A DNA stretch of 63,602 nucleotides, the filler included, from Nemertoderma westbladi (taxonomy: Eukaryota; Animalia; Xenacoelomorpha), in assembly GCA_032718475.1 (NCBI GenBank). It is 5 parts of 5 records of this genome, joined end to end, with 100 filler letters (N's around TTAATTAATTAA, not from the genome) between each part and the next. Parts side by side here need not be neighbours in the genome. Positions count along the whole stretch, not along the records: positions 9,619 to 26,185 come from JAUCBJ010002437.1; 4 more parts are not named here. The stretch is one strand, 5' to 3'. The translations under genes were made by a program, and so were the position numbers. A model generated the notes under the pieces. It was not told the DNA's origin and ran no database searches. It saw nothing but the letters and a program-made list of their open reading frames with translations. Within the stretch, counting starts at the first letter, position 1. Each line of letters begins with the position of its first letter. Positions 11,342 through 22,960 of the stretch are shown in pieces.

Positions 11342-11601
11342 TTGGAGAGATACAGTATGAGATATTAATTTCAAGAAAAATTACGCGATTCTTAAATTTG
11401 TACACTATCCGGTTAAAAAGTACGCATGTGATGGGATTAGTCCTACAATTGCGCCAATAAAAGATAAGTTATTTTCGGTAAAATAAAACTTATCATTCGA
11501 GGTAAAAGACCCCTAGATCCCTTCCTATAATAAATGTATAATAACAAACACCTCGAAAAATACAGCTTGCCAACACATTGTTACTGTCAATAATCAAAAA
11601 A

Positions 11602-12668
11602 CAATCAATAATGGCACAACCAATGGTTTCTCCAAATAACTCGGTATCAGGATGGATATCTTTATCTGTAAATAGTGTAATTTTACAATCCTCCTCTTGT
11701 GGAAGTTCTGGACAGTTGGCTGCCCAGTGGTAAATAGAATGGCAAACGGAGCAACCACTGGGTTTTCCATCATAATCCAAAGGATTAATTTTACTTGTAC
11801 TTGTACTTCCTATTCCACCATAATGTCGTCTTAAATTTGCTACTCGACCTGGTTGTTGTCTGGGGAATTGTTGTTTAAAGCTTCGATAATAATTACCACT
11901 TCGTCTTGGCCCTCTATTGTTATATCCACCACGGAATGGGCCACAGTAGGTATTATAAACATATTCTTCATGGGGATTTGGTTCATTCCACTGATTGCCG
12001 TCATTATAGTCTTGATAATATTCTTCCTCGAATATAGGCTCCGTTGTGTGAACAGCTGGAAATGTTGGTTCAACCTTAATATTCATAGTATCACTGTTAT
12101 TTGATTCTCCGGATATTCGGGAGTCACCATGTATACGGGTAATTTGTAACTTCATATCCTTGTAAGTAAACTCATTGACTGACGCTCGTGCAAGGTGGAA
12201 ATCTGCTTCCGATAAACTCGCACATTCAAGAAGTTGGTAGGCGAGAAATTCTTCGGGAAAATTTAGGTTATACATTTTACATTTATTATAAAGTCGTTCA
12301 AACTCTATAAGATAATCAACCATTGACATGTCAGCTGGGTGCAGGAACTTTACAAATGAGTTTATTGCCTGGAAGATCACCAACGGATGACTTAGTTCGT
12401 ATAACGAATCGGGTTTATGGATGACCAAATCAAGCCCTCCAGCAGAATTTAATTGGGCGAGTTCTAGTTCAAAAGCTGCATCTCTAGCCTTACCACTGAG
12501 GCTTAGAGCGAGCGCAGTTCCTTGTTTATTGGCCCTAATATCCGTAAAGTGTTTCCAAGCACTGACTTCCTTCTTCCAAATTTCGTATGAAACGCCATCT
12601 CGTAATTGGGGAGGAGCCTTGTATGAAGAAGTAGATCGATCGGAAGCTGTTGAAGAGGACATCGCCAT
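11602..12668 (-). CDS. GalEa-like Ty1/Copia Gag with CCHC knuckle, cut off at the protease start
   Basis: PPQL...YEIWKKEV..W...T....KQGTALALSLSGKARD; NPLD...CSVCHSIYHWAANCP; AIID at the junction with the array. Confidence 0.8.
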
Positions 12669-12671
12669 TTC

Positions 12672-12798
12672 AACCACGCTCTGCTACCAAATGTTATTGA
12701 ATAGTATTTGGCAAAATATAAGTTTGTTTATAATCAAATAACTTCTATATTAAGCTCCATGCCCAGACTATAATATATGTTAATATATTCTACCAACA
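12672..12798 (-). mobile_element. Copia 5' LTR (12692-12798, TG...CA) and tRNA-iMet PBS (12672-12689)
   Basis: Minus strand reads TGTTGG...TAACA tt TGGTAGCAGAGCGTGGTT; TGGTAGCAGAGC is the GalEa-type tRNA-Met PBS. Confidence 0.8.
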
Positions 12799-14685
12799 CC
12801 AAGTACCGGTTAAATCTATGTATCAGTTAGTCCGGTAGCCTACTAGGCCTTAGGCCTAATCTAACACGAGGTAATGGAACCAGACGTAGTATACATAGGG
12901 CCTTACCTAGTGGATGCCAGGGGAATTAAGTTACTGGGATGGGTGGAACCGCACGACGGCGAATCCGAGGTTAACCCCGAGGATCGGTGTCGTCGGTTAG
13001 TAAGAACCCCAGTAAGCAGGGGAAAATCAGTAGGACAGAGAAGCGACGGGAGTCCATCGTGACCGATAAGTCCGCTACATCCTCCGCAAAGCAAGAAGGG
13101 TATTAGAGATAGATCTGGAGTGTCAACTAGACATTGTGGCGCTGGATCAATAGAAACTGGAGAGGCAGTTAGATGAGGGAACTGCGCTATTAGAGAGGGA
13201 GAGAGAATTAGCGAGAGAGTGTAAAGAGAGGGCCGAAAGGGTGGCGAGAAACTATAGGGAGCGGGAGGAGAGAGAGATGAATGAGCGTAAAGAGCGTGAG
13301 GAGTGAGAGGCAAAAGTAGAAAACAAGCGCAAGGAGCAGGAGGCGAATGTAGAGAACGAGCGTAGAGAGCGGGAAGTGAGGGAGGCCGAATTGGCCAACC
13401 AATGTATTAGGGAGGATAGAGAGAGAGAGAGAGCGGGAAAGCATATGCGGGATGATATGCATACCTGGTTGAGGGGGCTTATGCAATACCAAGCGAAGCA
13501 AAAGCGCCGGTTAGAACTGGCAAAGTTGGGATTATCGGAGAGTGAGGCTGGTTCGGGTAGTATTTACGAGGAACCAGAGGAAATGGAAACCTTTGTTAAT
13601 ACCCCACTTACAGGTACTGGACGACAGACCCAGGACTGGTGTGACCGTACGGGCGGGGTGGGGGGGGGGGGGTAATAATAATAATACGTTAGAGGGAGTT
13701 AATATTAATAGTACCGTAATAGACAACCCTAATCAAACCTTTCTTGCAGGAAATGGTACTTTGTCCGGTGGCGGTGGCCCTGGTTTGGGTGTGCGTAGTG
13801 GACTCATAATCTAAATAATATCCCTAATTTAAATGTGCAAAATAATCTAAATAATAACCCTGATTCTGGGCAGAGTGGTTTGGATAATAATTTAGGTAAC
13901 AATAATACGTTAAATAACCCTGAAGAAATTAACCAAAATAATATCATTAGTAATAATGTAACGAATCAGGGCGAAATTGATAACAGTGCAATTAATACAA
14001 ACGCAGGGGGAACAGGTGGCCCAGCCAACAAGAATGTCCCACAAGCGTCGGTGGACAATGCGCGCGGCGAGTTAGGTGAACCGCGGCACCCGATGACAGA
14101 TAATAGTAGGATTGCGAATATCCCCAGAACCGTCCAACCAGGCAGAGAGAGAGACATTGGTGCCGTGAGCGGGCGAGCAAGAAGACGTCGAGCCCAGTCG
14201 GAAGACGGAAGAAGAACAGTGGTGTTTATCCGGGAGGTCGAAGCAAGATCTCACGAGGAGGATCACTGCACTGAAGCGAGATGAAGTGAGGAGAATCGAA
14301 GGAGCATTGCTATGAGCAACAGGAGAGGAAGGATGGACAGTGAACCGTCAGTAGTCGAGATGGAGTCAGAGAGCCAGTGGGGTCGTACTCCGGGAGATTG
14401 CCGTCTCCCCGGAGAGACACTACCTGGTGAGATATACCACACACTGGGAGAAGGGTACAGGATGTACTGGTGCGAGGACGAGGACAGGAGAGGGGATCGA
14501 AGAGAAACTTCCCGACGGAACGTAGCTGCCGATTGAGAATATGGTAGTCGCAGGGAGGACTTCTTGGAATATTTGAGAAGATTAAACTTCGGTCCGGAAG
14601 GACACAGGCAGACTGCAAGACATACTGTAGGCCTACTGCACATACTATAGGCAATGCTGGGAGAGATAGTGTAGGCGATAGGGTT

Positions 14686-16800
14686 GTGCGGACAATGGGA
14701 TTAGACCCGGAAGTTGCGGCATACATACTGGTAGGTAGGCAAGAAGTGGATAGGCCTATACCGGTACCTGCACACCAGTATGACTATAACATGCAGGGAT
14801 ATAATATATACCCAGGGGAGGGGGGAGCTATTGCCGATAGGTGCATGGGGCCTAACATCATAACATCAACCCCAGTACCAAATATAACACCGGTGGGGGG
14901 GGGGGGGCAGGGTGACATTCCCCCATTGCAATATCAGCAACACACTCAACCAAGAACAAAAACCCCAAACCCCTCAGACCCAAATAAGTCATATGACACA
15001 GAGATATGGAGGGGACCATTACCCCCAATGATATATCCAACACAGAGAAAGTCAACAGGCCCGACGGACGAACCGCACCCGACAGCGAGGGAGTCTGTAT
15101 CACAACCATCGAGCATGCTAGAGGTACAAGCGATGGGAATGGCAACACTCATCGACATGCTAAAGACCAGGATCGAGCTACCACCAGTGGAGCCGTTCAA
15201 ATTCGACAGTAGTAAGCCGGAGGAATACCTGCAATTCCAGCGTATATACAGTAACGAAATAGTAACGAAGAACCTGACGCAGGCGGAGTGCCTAAAATAC
15301 TTACAAGTTTACACAGGGGGGCCAGCAAACGACATCGTAAGGCAGTACCAATGTATTGAAGGTGGATTCACGACTGCATGGCGGGCCCTAGACATGGAAT
15401 TCGGGCATCCTGCTTAGATCATCCAACAAACCTTAAGCTGAATAACATCAGGCGGACTACAGGATGACCCTCTCAGCATCAAGACCTTCGCAAATAAAGT
15501 CGAAAAAGCACTGATTGTGCTAAAGACCCTAGATGCACCTTACAAACTCAACGCATCGAATAACATCACTACAATAGCGCAGGCACTACCGATCTGGCTG
15601 AGGAACAAGTGGAGAAAGATCGCCTTCTCCACTCGGGAGAAGAAGGGTGCGGAGCCAGGGCTAGAGGAGATGTCGAACTTCCTTAACTATGAAGCAGAAC
15701 TAATTACAGACCCAGTCTACAGCGAGGATAGACTGGGGAGGGTGCCGAGAGCCGAATACAACAGGCCTAAACCAGAGCAGAGTGTGGTGAATGCATTACC
15801 AAAGTTAAGACAGTCACTACCATACACGGCAACACAGGGGACTGCAAGTCCACAGATAGCTGGGAATAGAGCCACACCGTGGCACGAACAGGGACAAAAT
15901 AACAACATAAACAAATATAATCCCAACACACACAGTAGGCCAAGTCCAAATAATAAAAACACTAAACCGCTAGGTATGAATATACGTGCGATACGCAAAG
16001 CGCTGTATAAAGAAGGCTACAATCCAAAATACAAATGCCAATTATACACAAATGGATACCACCAGACCATGGATTGCAGACATTGGCAGGCGTTGCCTAA
16101 ACAAGATCGGGAAGCCTACGCGGGTAGAAATGGAATTTGTCATTGATGTGTGGTAGGAGGACACAGGTCCGAAGAGTGTAGGGAAACAACAATAAGAGGT
16201 GACGAGACTGATGAGACTGGAGGCCAAACTATGGCTTCGAACATGACGGGAGCAAGGAGGAAGAGGACAGTACTACTTGGGGTAGTACCAGTGAGAATAA
16301 CAGGAGAGGACGGGCTATCGGTCACAACACTAATGTTGATCGATAGTGGAGCAGCATTCACGTTAACGGAGAGTTGGGTGGTCGAAAGGATAGGGTTAAG
16401 AACGAGGCCTAGCAAGATGGCGGTAACCACTATCTCCAATAAGGACGAGGTCATGAGAATGAGCACGGGGTGTTGCCAGATATCAGCGATAACACCAGGG
16501 TGCAGCTATGGGTCTACCATCGAACCCATCCGAATAATGGAATCGATTAATATTAACGCCAGGTGACCCACGAAAATCGAGGTCGAGCAATACCGGTACT
16601 TGGACAACATTGATTTCTCCGTGCCCGGGCTGGATGTCCCGAAAGTATCTCTCAGAGTCGGCATGGACTGCCCGACAGCCCACGAGAGACTACAGACCAT
16701 GTTTGGTGATGACAGGAAGCGAGACCCGATGGCCATTCTCATGCCATTTGGATGGACGCTCACTGGCCCAATTAAGACGAGGTCACCGTTTGGTGTGTCT
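14686..16800 (+). pseudogene. BEL/Pao LTR-retrotransposon gag-protease remnant with in-frame stops
   Basis: One frame carries ELPPVEP.KFD...YLQF, LKYLQVYTGGPA, LPIWLRNKW, degenerate CCHC motifs, VVPVRI...LIDSGA and PMAILMPFGWTLTGP. Stops at 15415, 15439, 16144 and 16564. Confidence 0.85.
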
Positions 16801-17640
16801 GAAACATCAGGGTGCATGCTGCCCAGCACTGTTGAGGACATAGATGAGAAACCAGAGGCGGGCGATGGGGAGGTCCCATGTGAGAAGCGGCCTGGAGAAG
16901 GATACCAGGAGTCGGGAATGGGTATGGATCTGGAACCACGCATAGTGGAGCGTGGTGAAAGGATAGAGGATAATTCCAGAAAAATACCGCCGATAAATGA
17001 GTTAGGAGGGGAAGCAACAGCAAGAGAGTGGGCGGAGGAGAATGGGTTCGACGCAGAGGACCTAGAGGCGATGGGATGGAACAAGGATGTTCCTGGCAAG
17101 TATCGGTATAAGGATGGAGAAGTGTGGACAGCGAGATGTCTGGAGGGGTGTCCGGAGGAGACGCCGGTCCGGTTGAGAAACATACCAAAAAGGGGGAGGC
17201 AAATAAGAAGACAGGGTTGAAAGAGATAGGATTTCTATTCTCTATTCTGCTTTACCTATTCTCTCGATTTCTTTTCATTCTACCGCCAGGTGACGACAAG
17301 ATGAAGGGTGGCATTTTGCTGCCAGGGGACCATGAGGAAATCAAGAAGGCGACCGAAAGACCCTATTTTAGGGTGGAGGAGAAGGGTGATCAATCAAGGG
17401 AAGGGAAAAGAGTTGGAATTGACAAGGAGAGTGGGGCGAAGGATAAGAGGACCTACAGGGGGGCAGTGGGAGAATCGCCTTAAAGTTTAGTCGTCCAATA
17501 TATTGGACTGAGGTGGGTGGGAATGAGGGTGAGTCGCCCTTCCCACACATAAAAACAAAAAAAATAAACAACAAAAATAATAAAAGTAGTAATAGCAGTA
17601 GTAGGTAGTACATAGCAGTAAAGTACATAGCAAGTACTAT

Positions 17641-18036
17641 AGAACCTGTGGGCACTGAGGGGGCCACGTAGTGAGCGAAAGTAAAGGGTATGTAGGCATA
17701 CCATATTAGCAGTAGTAGGGGGCATAGTACAGTAGAAGTTAGAAGTTGTGGGCACCGAGGGTGCCACGTAAGAAAGTAAAGGGTATGTACACATACCATA
17801 GAAGTATCAGTAGGGTACATAGTACCATAGAAGTTGTGGGCACTGAGGGCACCACATAAGAAAGTAAAGGGTATGTACACATACCATAGAAGTAGCAGTA
17901 GGGTACATAGTACCATAGAAGTTGTGGGCACTGACGGCACCATGTAAGAAAGTAAAGGGTATGTATGTATACCATAGAAGTAGTATTAGGGTACATAGTA
18001 CCAGAGAAGTTGTGGGCAATGAGAGCGCCACGTAAG
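17641..18036. repeat. 88-bp minisatellite, ~4.5 copies
   Basis: agaagttgtgggca recurs at 17741, 17829, 17917 and 18005; a variant is at 17641. Confidence 0.9.
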
Positions 18037-19197
18037 GAACTAGGAAGGTAGATAGGATAATAGCACAGGCAAAGGGGAACATAGATAAAATAAAATAAAA
18101 CTAAGGAAAATTGGCACTTTGGGGGTGGTAGAGAACACAGGACATTGAGGAGCAGTGGCGATGGGCCAGCTCATGGGGCTCGTCTGCCACAAGCCGATGG
18201 ACTGGGGCAAGTTCCGAGAGGAGTACGGAGCGGAACTGGCGAACTCGCTGAAATGGGGAGCGAGGCCAGGGAAGCAAGAGATATATCAGTTCCGCAGGGG
18301 AGCGATAAAGATATATCAGAAGAGATATATCTTACAGGAGGATTGGATAATGATAGGTTTATTAAACCTATTCATGGCCGTGGTTATCAGAAGTAAGCCG
18401 GCGGCGTTTCTGCTATCAGGAGCACGTCTTAAATCACAGGAGAGCCTTTAAGGTGGCCTTCGTAGGTCTGGTAGACCACCCGGGGCTGAGGGGCGAGTCG
18501 GTGTACTACGATAGCCTACACCTAGTGGACAGAGAGGTGGACATACCATACAAGAGGTGAAAGAAGTTTGAAGCAGATAGAGGTGGGGCTTCTTTAATAT
18601 TAATCCGGGAGCCCACCAGGAGATTATCAAGAGGAGACTGCCATTCACATATCAGGAGGTAGCGACAGCGGAATCGTACACCAACACTCAGAGATACTTG
18701 GATAGATGGTCGCCAGAAAACAGGGTCGAGTTCAGGGACTTTCTGGTGGAGCACGTGCCGCGGGTGATGAAAATGATCCTGTGGGACGCTACCAGGGGGA
18801 AGCAGGAGGGACACTCGGAGGGACCACCTGCAAAGCATTACCGGGAGTTGATAACACCGGTGCCCAAGGAACCAATGACGGGGCTTAGCAAGACAGTAAC
18901 GGCAAGAATGAGAAGTCTCAGGGAGGACAAGCCGGAGGGAAGGAAGCGGCCCAGACAAGATGATGACAGGGGCAAAGAACTTAGATGGTTCCCGAAGACG
19001 GGAGGAGCGAACTAGAACTCAGGGACAGAGATGTGGGTGTGCCTGGAAGGCGCCACATGTAGGGTAAATAATTAAGTGCAATTAGTATGTACGACGTACG
19101 TTTGTAGATAATCAATTAATAGCGATAATTAATTGAGTTAATGGTGGTTGATTCATAGTATAAATATAATTAAATTTGTTGCGAGATTATAACAGTA

Positions 19198-19241
19198 TTA
19201 TAATATATTTCGTACCGACTGGCGGTGCTTCATCAGATATA
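19198..19241 (-). ncRNA. Putative minimal hammerhead in the Penelope pLTR (mirror copy on + at ~20710-20752)
   Basis: tat CTGATGA a gcaccg-ccagt-cggtac GAAA tatatt ata; stem I is weak. Confidence 0.55.
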
Positions 19242-19571
19242 GGTAGGTTAACAAAATACTAATGATAAGGGTACAATATAATAGAAAGGGAAACACATAA
19301 GTATGATTAATGACATTCAGATGTAAATACAGTAATTGTAATATTAACATTGCGATACTTCAGTACTTAGGCATTCTGAATTCTGACTACGAGTACAGTG
19401 TAGGTATATAGCAGTAATGACACGGTAACTGTAGAACTGTATGATAAATCTAATATGATTAGGTCTGTTATAATTGTATTGTATGTACATTATAAAGTTG
19501 ATGAAGCATGAAGAGTTATACAGTATGTATCTTTAACTAAATTTTATGCATTATGAAAACTAATAGTTTCT

Positions 19572-19742
19572 TATCCTAAATTAATAAATGCTAATTTGTT
19601 ATATCCTAAATTAATAAATGCTAATATGTCATATCCTAAATTAATAAATGCTAATTTGTCATATCCTAAATTAATAAATGCTATTTGTTATATCCTAAAT
19701 TAATAAATACTAATAAGTCATATCCTAAATTAATAAATGCTA
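19572..19742. repeat. 30-bp minisatellite (~6 copies) in the Penelope 3' region
   Basis: atatcctaaattaataaatgctaatttgtc repeated. Confidence 0.9.
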
Positions 19743-19795
19743 CTATTTTATTATATAGTTATTGTAACCTCCCCCTCCCCTATTTTTTTTTTGTG

Positions 19796-20362
19796 TTAGT
19801 GTGTATGTTTTTTGTGGTTCTGGGCCCTGTTGTAGAAATCTTGGATACCGCGTAGAAATGGTACGAATATTGATGATACGTTCACTGATAATCTACCGTT
19901 AATTACTTTGTCACCTCCTTCTTTTATAAATAAACTTTCTAGAATTCTTCGTCTTAAAGTGTGGTGTAGTCCTCTGTGCAATATTTTGGAGTTATTAAAG
20001 TCGGGTGTGTGTTGTGATGTGATGATATGGGCGGTGAGTTCTGATTGTTTGATTCTACTATGTTTTATGTCTGCGGTGTGTTGTTTTTGTCGGACGTCCT
20101 TTGTATAACTAGATTCTCCTACGTAAAATTTCCCACATGAGCAAGGTATACTGTATGTTACGGAGTTTGGGGGTTTTTTGGGTTTGTGTCCTTTGCAGAT
20201 AATTGATCCAATGGATGTACCGGGTTGAAAGTAGGTGCCGATATTGTAACGATTACATAAACGTTCTAAATCTTCCGTTAGATCTTTTACGTATGGAAGG
20301 GGAATGTTAGTCAGTGATTTTTCTTTAGGGGTTAATTTTCTGGTGGTATTTAAAGCGTTCAT
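19796..20362 (-). CDS. Penelope-type GIY-YIG endonuclease (C-terminal part of the ORF)
   Basis: LPYV...; VTYSIPCSCGKFYVGES...R.KQH...SELTAH...H...RRILESLFI...IN. Confidence 0.9.
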   Translation of the reverse strand: MNALNTTRKLTPKEKSLTNIPLPYVKDLTEDLERLCNRYNIGTYFQPGTSIGSIICKGHKPKKPPNSVTYSIPCSCGKFYVGESSYTKDVRQKQHTADIKHSRIKQSELTAHIITSQHTPDFNNSKILHRGLHHTLRRRILESLFIKEGGDKVINGRLSVNVSSIFVPFLRGIQDFYNRAQNHKKHTH

Positions 20363-22519
20363 TATTAATTTAGGATAAGAAACTTTGAGCTTTCATAATG
20401 CATAAAATTTAGTTAAAGATACAATACTGTATAACTCTTCATGCTTCATCAACTTTATACTGTACATACAATACAATTATAACAGACCTAATCATATTAG
20501 ATTTATCATACAGTTCCACAGTTACCGTGTCATCACTGCTATATACCTACACTGTACTCGTAGTCAGAATTCAGAATGCCTAAGTACTGAAGTATCGCTA
20601 TGTTAATATTACAATTACTGTATTTACATCTGAATGTCATTAATCATACTTATGTGTTTCCCTTTCTATTATATTGTACCCTTATCATTAGTATTTTGTT
20701 AACCTACCTATATCTGATGAAGCACCGCCAGTCGGTACGAAATATATTATAATACTGTTATAATCTCGCAACAAATTTAATTATATTTATAATCAATTAA
20801 TCAATATAAATATATAATCAATCTAAGTACTATAGTCATATATAACCTTTTCCAATTAGCTACTGGGACTGGAGACCAATTGACTATGACAGAAGGACGA
20901 GACATTAGACGGATCCCATTTCTCAAGTGTGGCCACACTAATGAGAATGTGGGAGCTTCACAGGAGGGTACGGAGGATGAAAACAAATATCGGTTGAGTA
21001 TAGGAAATCGGGGAAGTATAGAGAGGAGGTGTTGGCATGTGAAAGGAGTGCAATTCAATTGTGGGGAGCGAGCAGTGAGAGAGGAAGAGTCCCAAGGGAC
21101 CAGATAGAGAATAAGGGACAGCAAGGTCCGTGAGAGAGATTTGAGTATGGGTAAAGAAAATTGTGTGGAAAATGAGCACAATAGTCTCAAACAGAGACAC
21201 CAGATATCTTGGTGCAACATAGCTTGCGAGTGCGCCAAGGATTGGTAGTAATAACACACCCAGGGGGGGGGGGCGGTCTGGAAAGCCGGCCCCGAGAAAA
21301 GAACTCCACCCCACAAGCAATACTAGATTGGGTTCCAGCGGAATTGAAGCGCACTTAAGGTTGATGCTATCTTCTTACCGGGAAGATAGCATGGGGGGCG
21401 GTGTAAGCGGATTCAATTCCCTTGCATTATCCACCCGAAAATGGGACCAGTGGCATTGTACCAATATAGTTGGCGATACGAGATTACCAATAATAATCTC
21501 GCCTCATAACCAACTCGGGGGGGGGGGGGGGGCGATACAGGCCCTAAAGCCACAGAGAGAGGTGAGAGGTCAAACCACCTCACAGGGAGAACACAGCTAG
21601 ACAAGGCTAGCGGCAGGGGGTAACACTTACAGGGAGTGCCAAAGTTACAATTAGTATATAAGCCATTAGCAGGCAGGGGAGCATGTGGGGAAAGATAGGA
21701 AAGCATCCATTGGGTACAGAAGGCCAAGTAGAGTAGAGGTGAAACCAATATCTATGTATATCAATCATATAGTTATCCTAATTAAACTGATTTACCAGTC
21801 AGTTCATTAATCACAGAGTTGCAGACCGGTTATAGTTTTTAACCGTCATTCTACACACTGCTGTTGTAATTCTGTATTGCAATTTCAATCATATACTGTC
21901 ATACATTCTTTGCTATTATCATTGGAACATTAACATCGAGAAACACAAACTCTGTTATTTTTCCCCAACGGCCTTCGGCCAAAAGGACACTAGCCCAGCA
22001 GACCAGCAGTTAAGTGACGCGTACAAATCTTACCCGGTCGGGATCTCAGATCCCGTCACAACGGTTTTCAGTTTTTGAATGAAGGCGGTTGGTTCTAATG
22101 ATATCTGGATTACATTAAAAAGACGAAAAATAAACCCAACATCAATGTTTGAATATTGCTGAAAAAAACAGTTTTTTAACGGCTTGTTGTATCGAAATAG
22201 CTCAGAAATTGAAAAATCCGGCTCTGCCTGCAGTAACCATACTTCTGTAATCATACCCAATTTCGTTGCATATGATTGAAATTTTAAAAAAATTAGGGGG
22301 GTGGGGTGGGGGAGTGGGGTGGGATGGGTTAGCGCTCCGACCCCCTGAAAATGGTTGTTTTATTAAGGGAGATGGTGATTATTATAATCGGCATGCGCAT
22401 TGAAGCTGCATTGAGATGCTATGCAGGCTTAACAAATAATTTATGCCACCACCATGCAATCCACATTGGGCATGCCCAATGCAGCATGCATTAAGAATGC
22501 TATGCCGGGTGCCGGCTTA

Positions 22520-22960
22520 TCAACAAATTTGGACTGCCATAACTCCCTGTTCAAAATTGATTTGGCGAGATTATCAGGATCTTGAAGGCCAGTGTCGTTT
22601 AAGAGGCGTCTCATGAACGTTATGGGCTGCCCATCATGGTTATTTTTCTCCGTGGGGATGCTAAAGCAATAGATTGTGCACAGGCTAATCCTCACGGCGA
22701 AGCAATGTCCAGTAAAGCGGGGGCGGCTTTGTTCTAGTGTCAAGCATGGGGGAACCAATGAGACACCTCCAATGTTATATAGTGTCTGATTGGAGATGTG
22801 TGCATTGTACTTGACACAGTGAACCCGAAGTAGCGTTGGTGTCTAGAGGCATTTAGAGCCCAGCATGGACTCCCATACAGGTGTACTGGTACTACAGCTG
22901 CTCTACATAATCGGACCTTAACTTTCCGACGTATTGTGTGTGACTTCCAAATCCTGGAAA
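22520..22960 (-). pseudogene. RTE-type LINE 3' fragment
   Basis: IWKS...KVRL.RAAV....LYGS..W; R.RFTGHC; LLNDTGL...NRELW. Confidence 0.7.

Larger units (their letters stand above)
9619..11601 (+). mobile_element. Retrozyme-like tandem array (~415-bp unit, ~4.5 copies) with inverted 5' segment
   Basis: Units start at ~9724, 10139, 10555, 10969 and 11388. Segment 9621-9703 is the reverse complement of ~9837-9919. Each full unit carries A/B boxes and a hammerhead core. Confidence 0.88.
19160..20790 (-). mobile_element. 5'-truncated Penelope-like element with inverted pseudo-LTRs
   Basis: GIY-YIG ORF flanked by ~430-bp inverted repeats (19160-19590 and 20360-20790). Confidence 0.9.

Noticed and set aside
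9829-11374. Repeated small ORFs on both strands of the 415-bp array
   Set aside because: Frames shift between copies and no known motif is present; the conserved features are RNA-structural.
15415-16566. Programmed readthrough or selenocysteine at in-frame stops in BEL gag
   Set aside because: Mixed TAG/TGA stops and degenerate zinc knuckles point to ordinary pseudogenisation.
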